Below are positions 63,971-64,000 of a stretch of DNA of 64,000 nt, in pieces. The stretch is taken from positions 1,728 through 65,727 of the forward strand of contig JAWLEI010000006.1 of assembly GCA_041686195.1 (NCBI GenBank), written 5' to 3'. The DNA comes from Desulfovermiculus sp. (lineage in GTDB: Bacteria > Desulfobacterota > Desulfovibrionia > Desulfovibrionales > Desulfothermaceae). Every line of letters begins with the position of its first letter. Positions within the stretch are counted from its first letter, which is position 1. A model generated the notes under the pieces. That model saw only the letters and a list, made by a program, of their open reading frames with translations, was not told the DNA's origin and did no database searches. The translations under genes and the position numbers were made by a program.

Positions 63971-64000
63971 ATTTACCTCGTAGAGGGCCTGCCCTTGGGG
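63971..64000 (+). repeat. module L 5' end, cut by the window edge
   Basis: atttacctcgtagagggcctgcccttgggg resembles attttacaccccagatgggcctgcccttgaggg at 25204-25236. Confidence 0.55.

Overview
This is a 64-kb chromosomal segment. From gene content it looks like a sulfate-reducing Desulfovibrionales-type deltaproteobacterium: it has dsrC, an NADH-linked HdrA/MvhD redox operon and indolepyruvate:ferredoxin oxidoreductase. That taxonomic call is inference only. Most of the window is densely packed housekeeping: ftsH, ubiB, dtd, queD, dnaE, gap, tlyA, proA, nadD, rsmD, coaD, miaA, tatA, ilvBNC and four tRNAs (Ala; Gly-Cys-Gly). I see no rRNA, CRISPR array, transposase, integrase, prophage or recognisable defence system.

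Five things stand out.
1. A modular, mosaic family of intergenic repeats occupies at least 11 intergenic gaps. The modules are joined at ATGAAAC/GTTTCAT heptamers.
2. A TPR-fused YcaO is translationally coupled to a METTL21-like protein methyltransferase. The pair sits directly upstream of dsrC and a MoaE-like gene, with no canonical YcaO partner or precursor peptide.
3. A NuoE/NuoF-like plus HdrA-MvhD fusion operon has a textbook sigma-54 promoter. It lies next to its probable PAS-AAA+ activator and five phased TGTTTCA direct repeats.
4. A cluster of an ATP-grasp gene, an amidohydrolase, an unknown gene and a glycosyltransferase has no assignable pathway.
5. Several orphan genes normally belong to multi-gene systems: AmmeMemoRadiSam protein B, a 1399-aa double-ATPase activase fusion, and a GspE/PilB-type ATPase.

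All functional calls come from reading motifs in the supplied translations. No database search was run, and none of the proposed novel functions is demonstrated.
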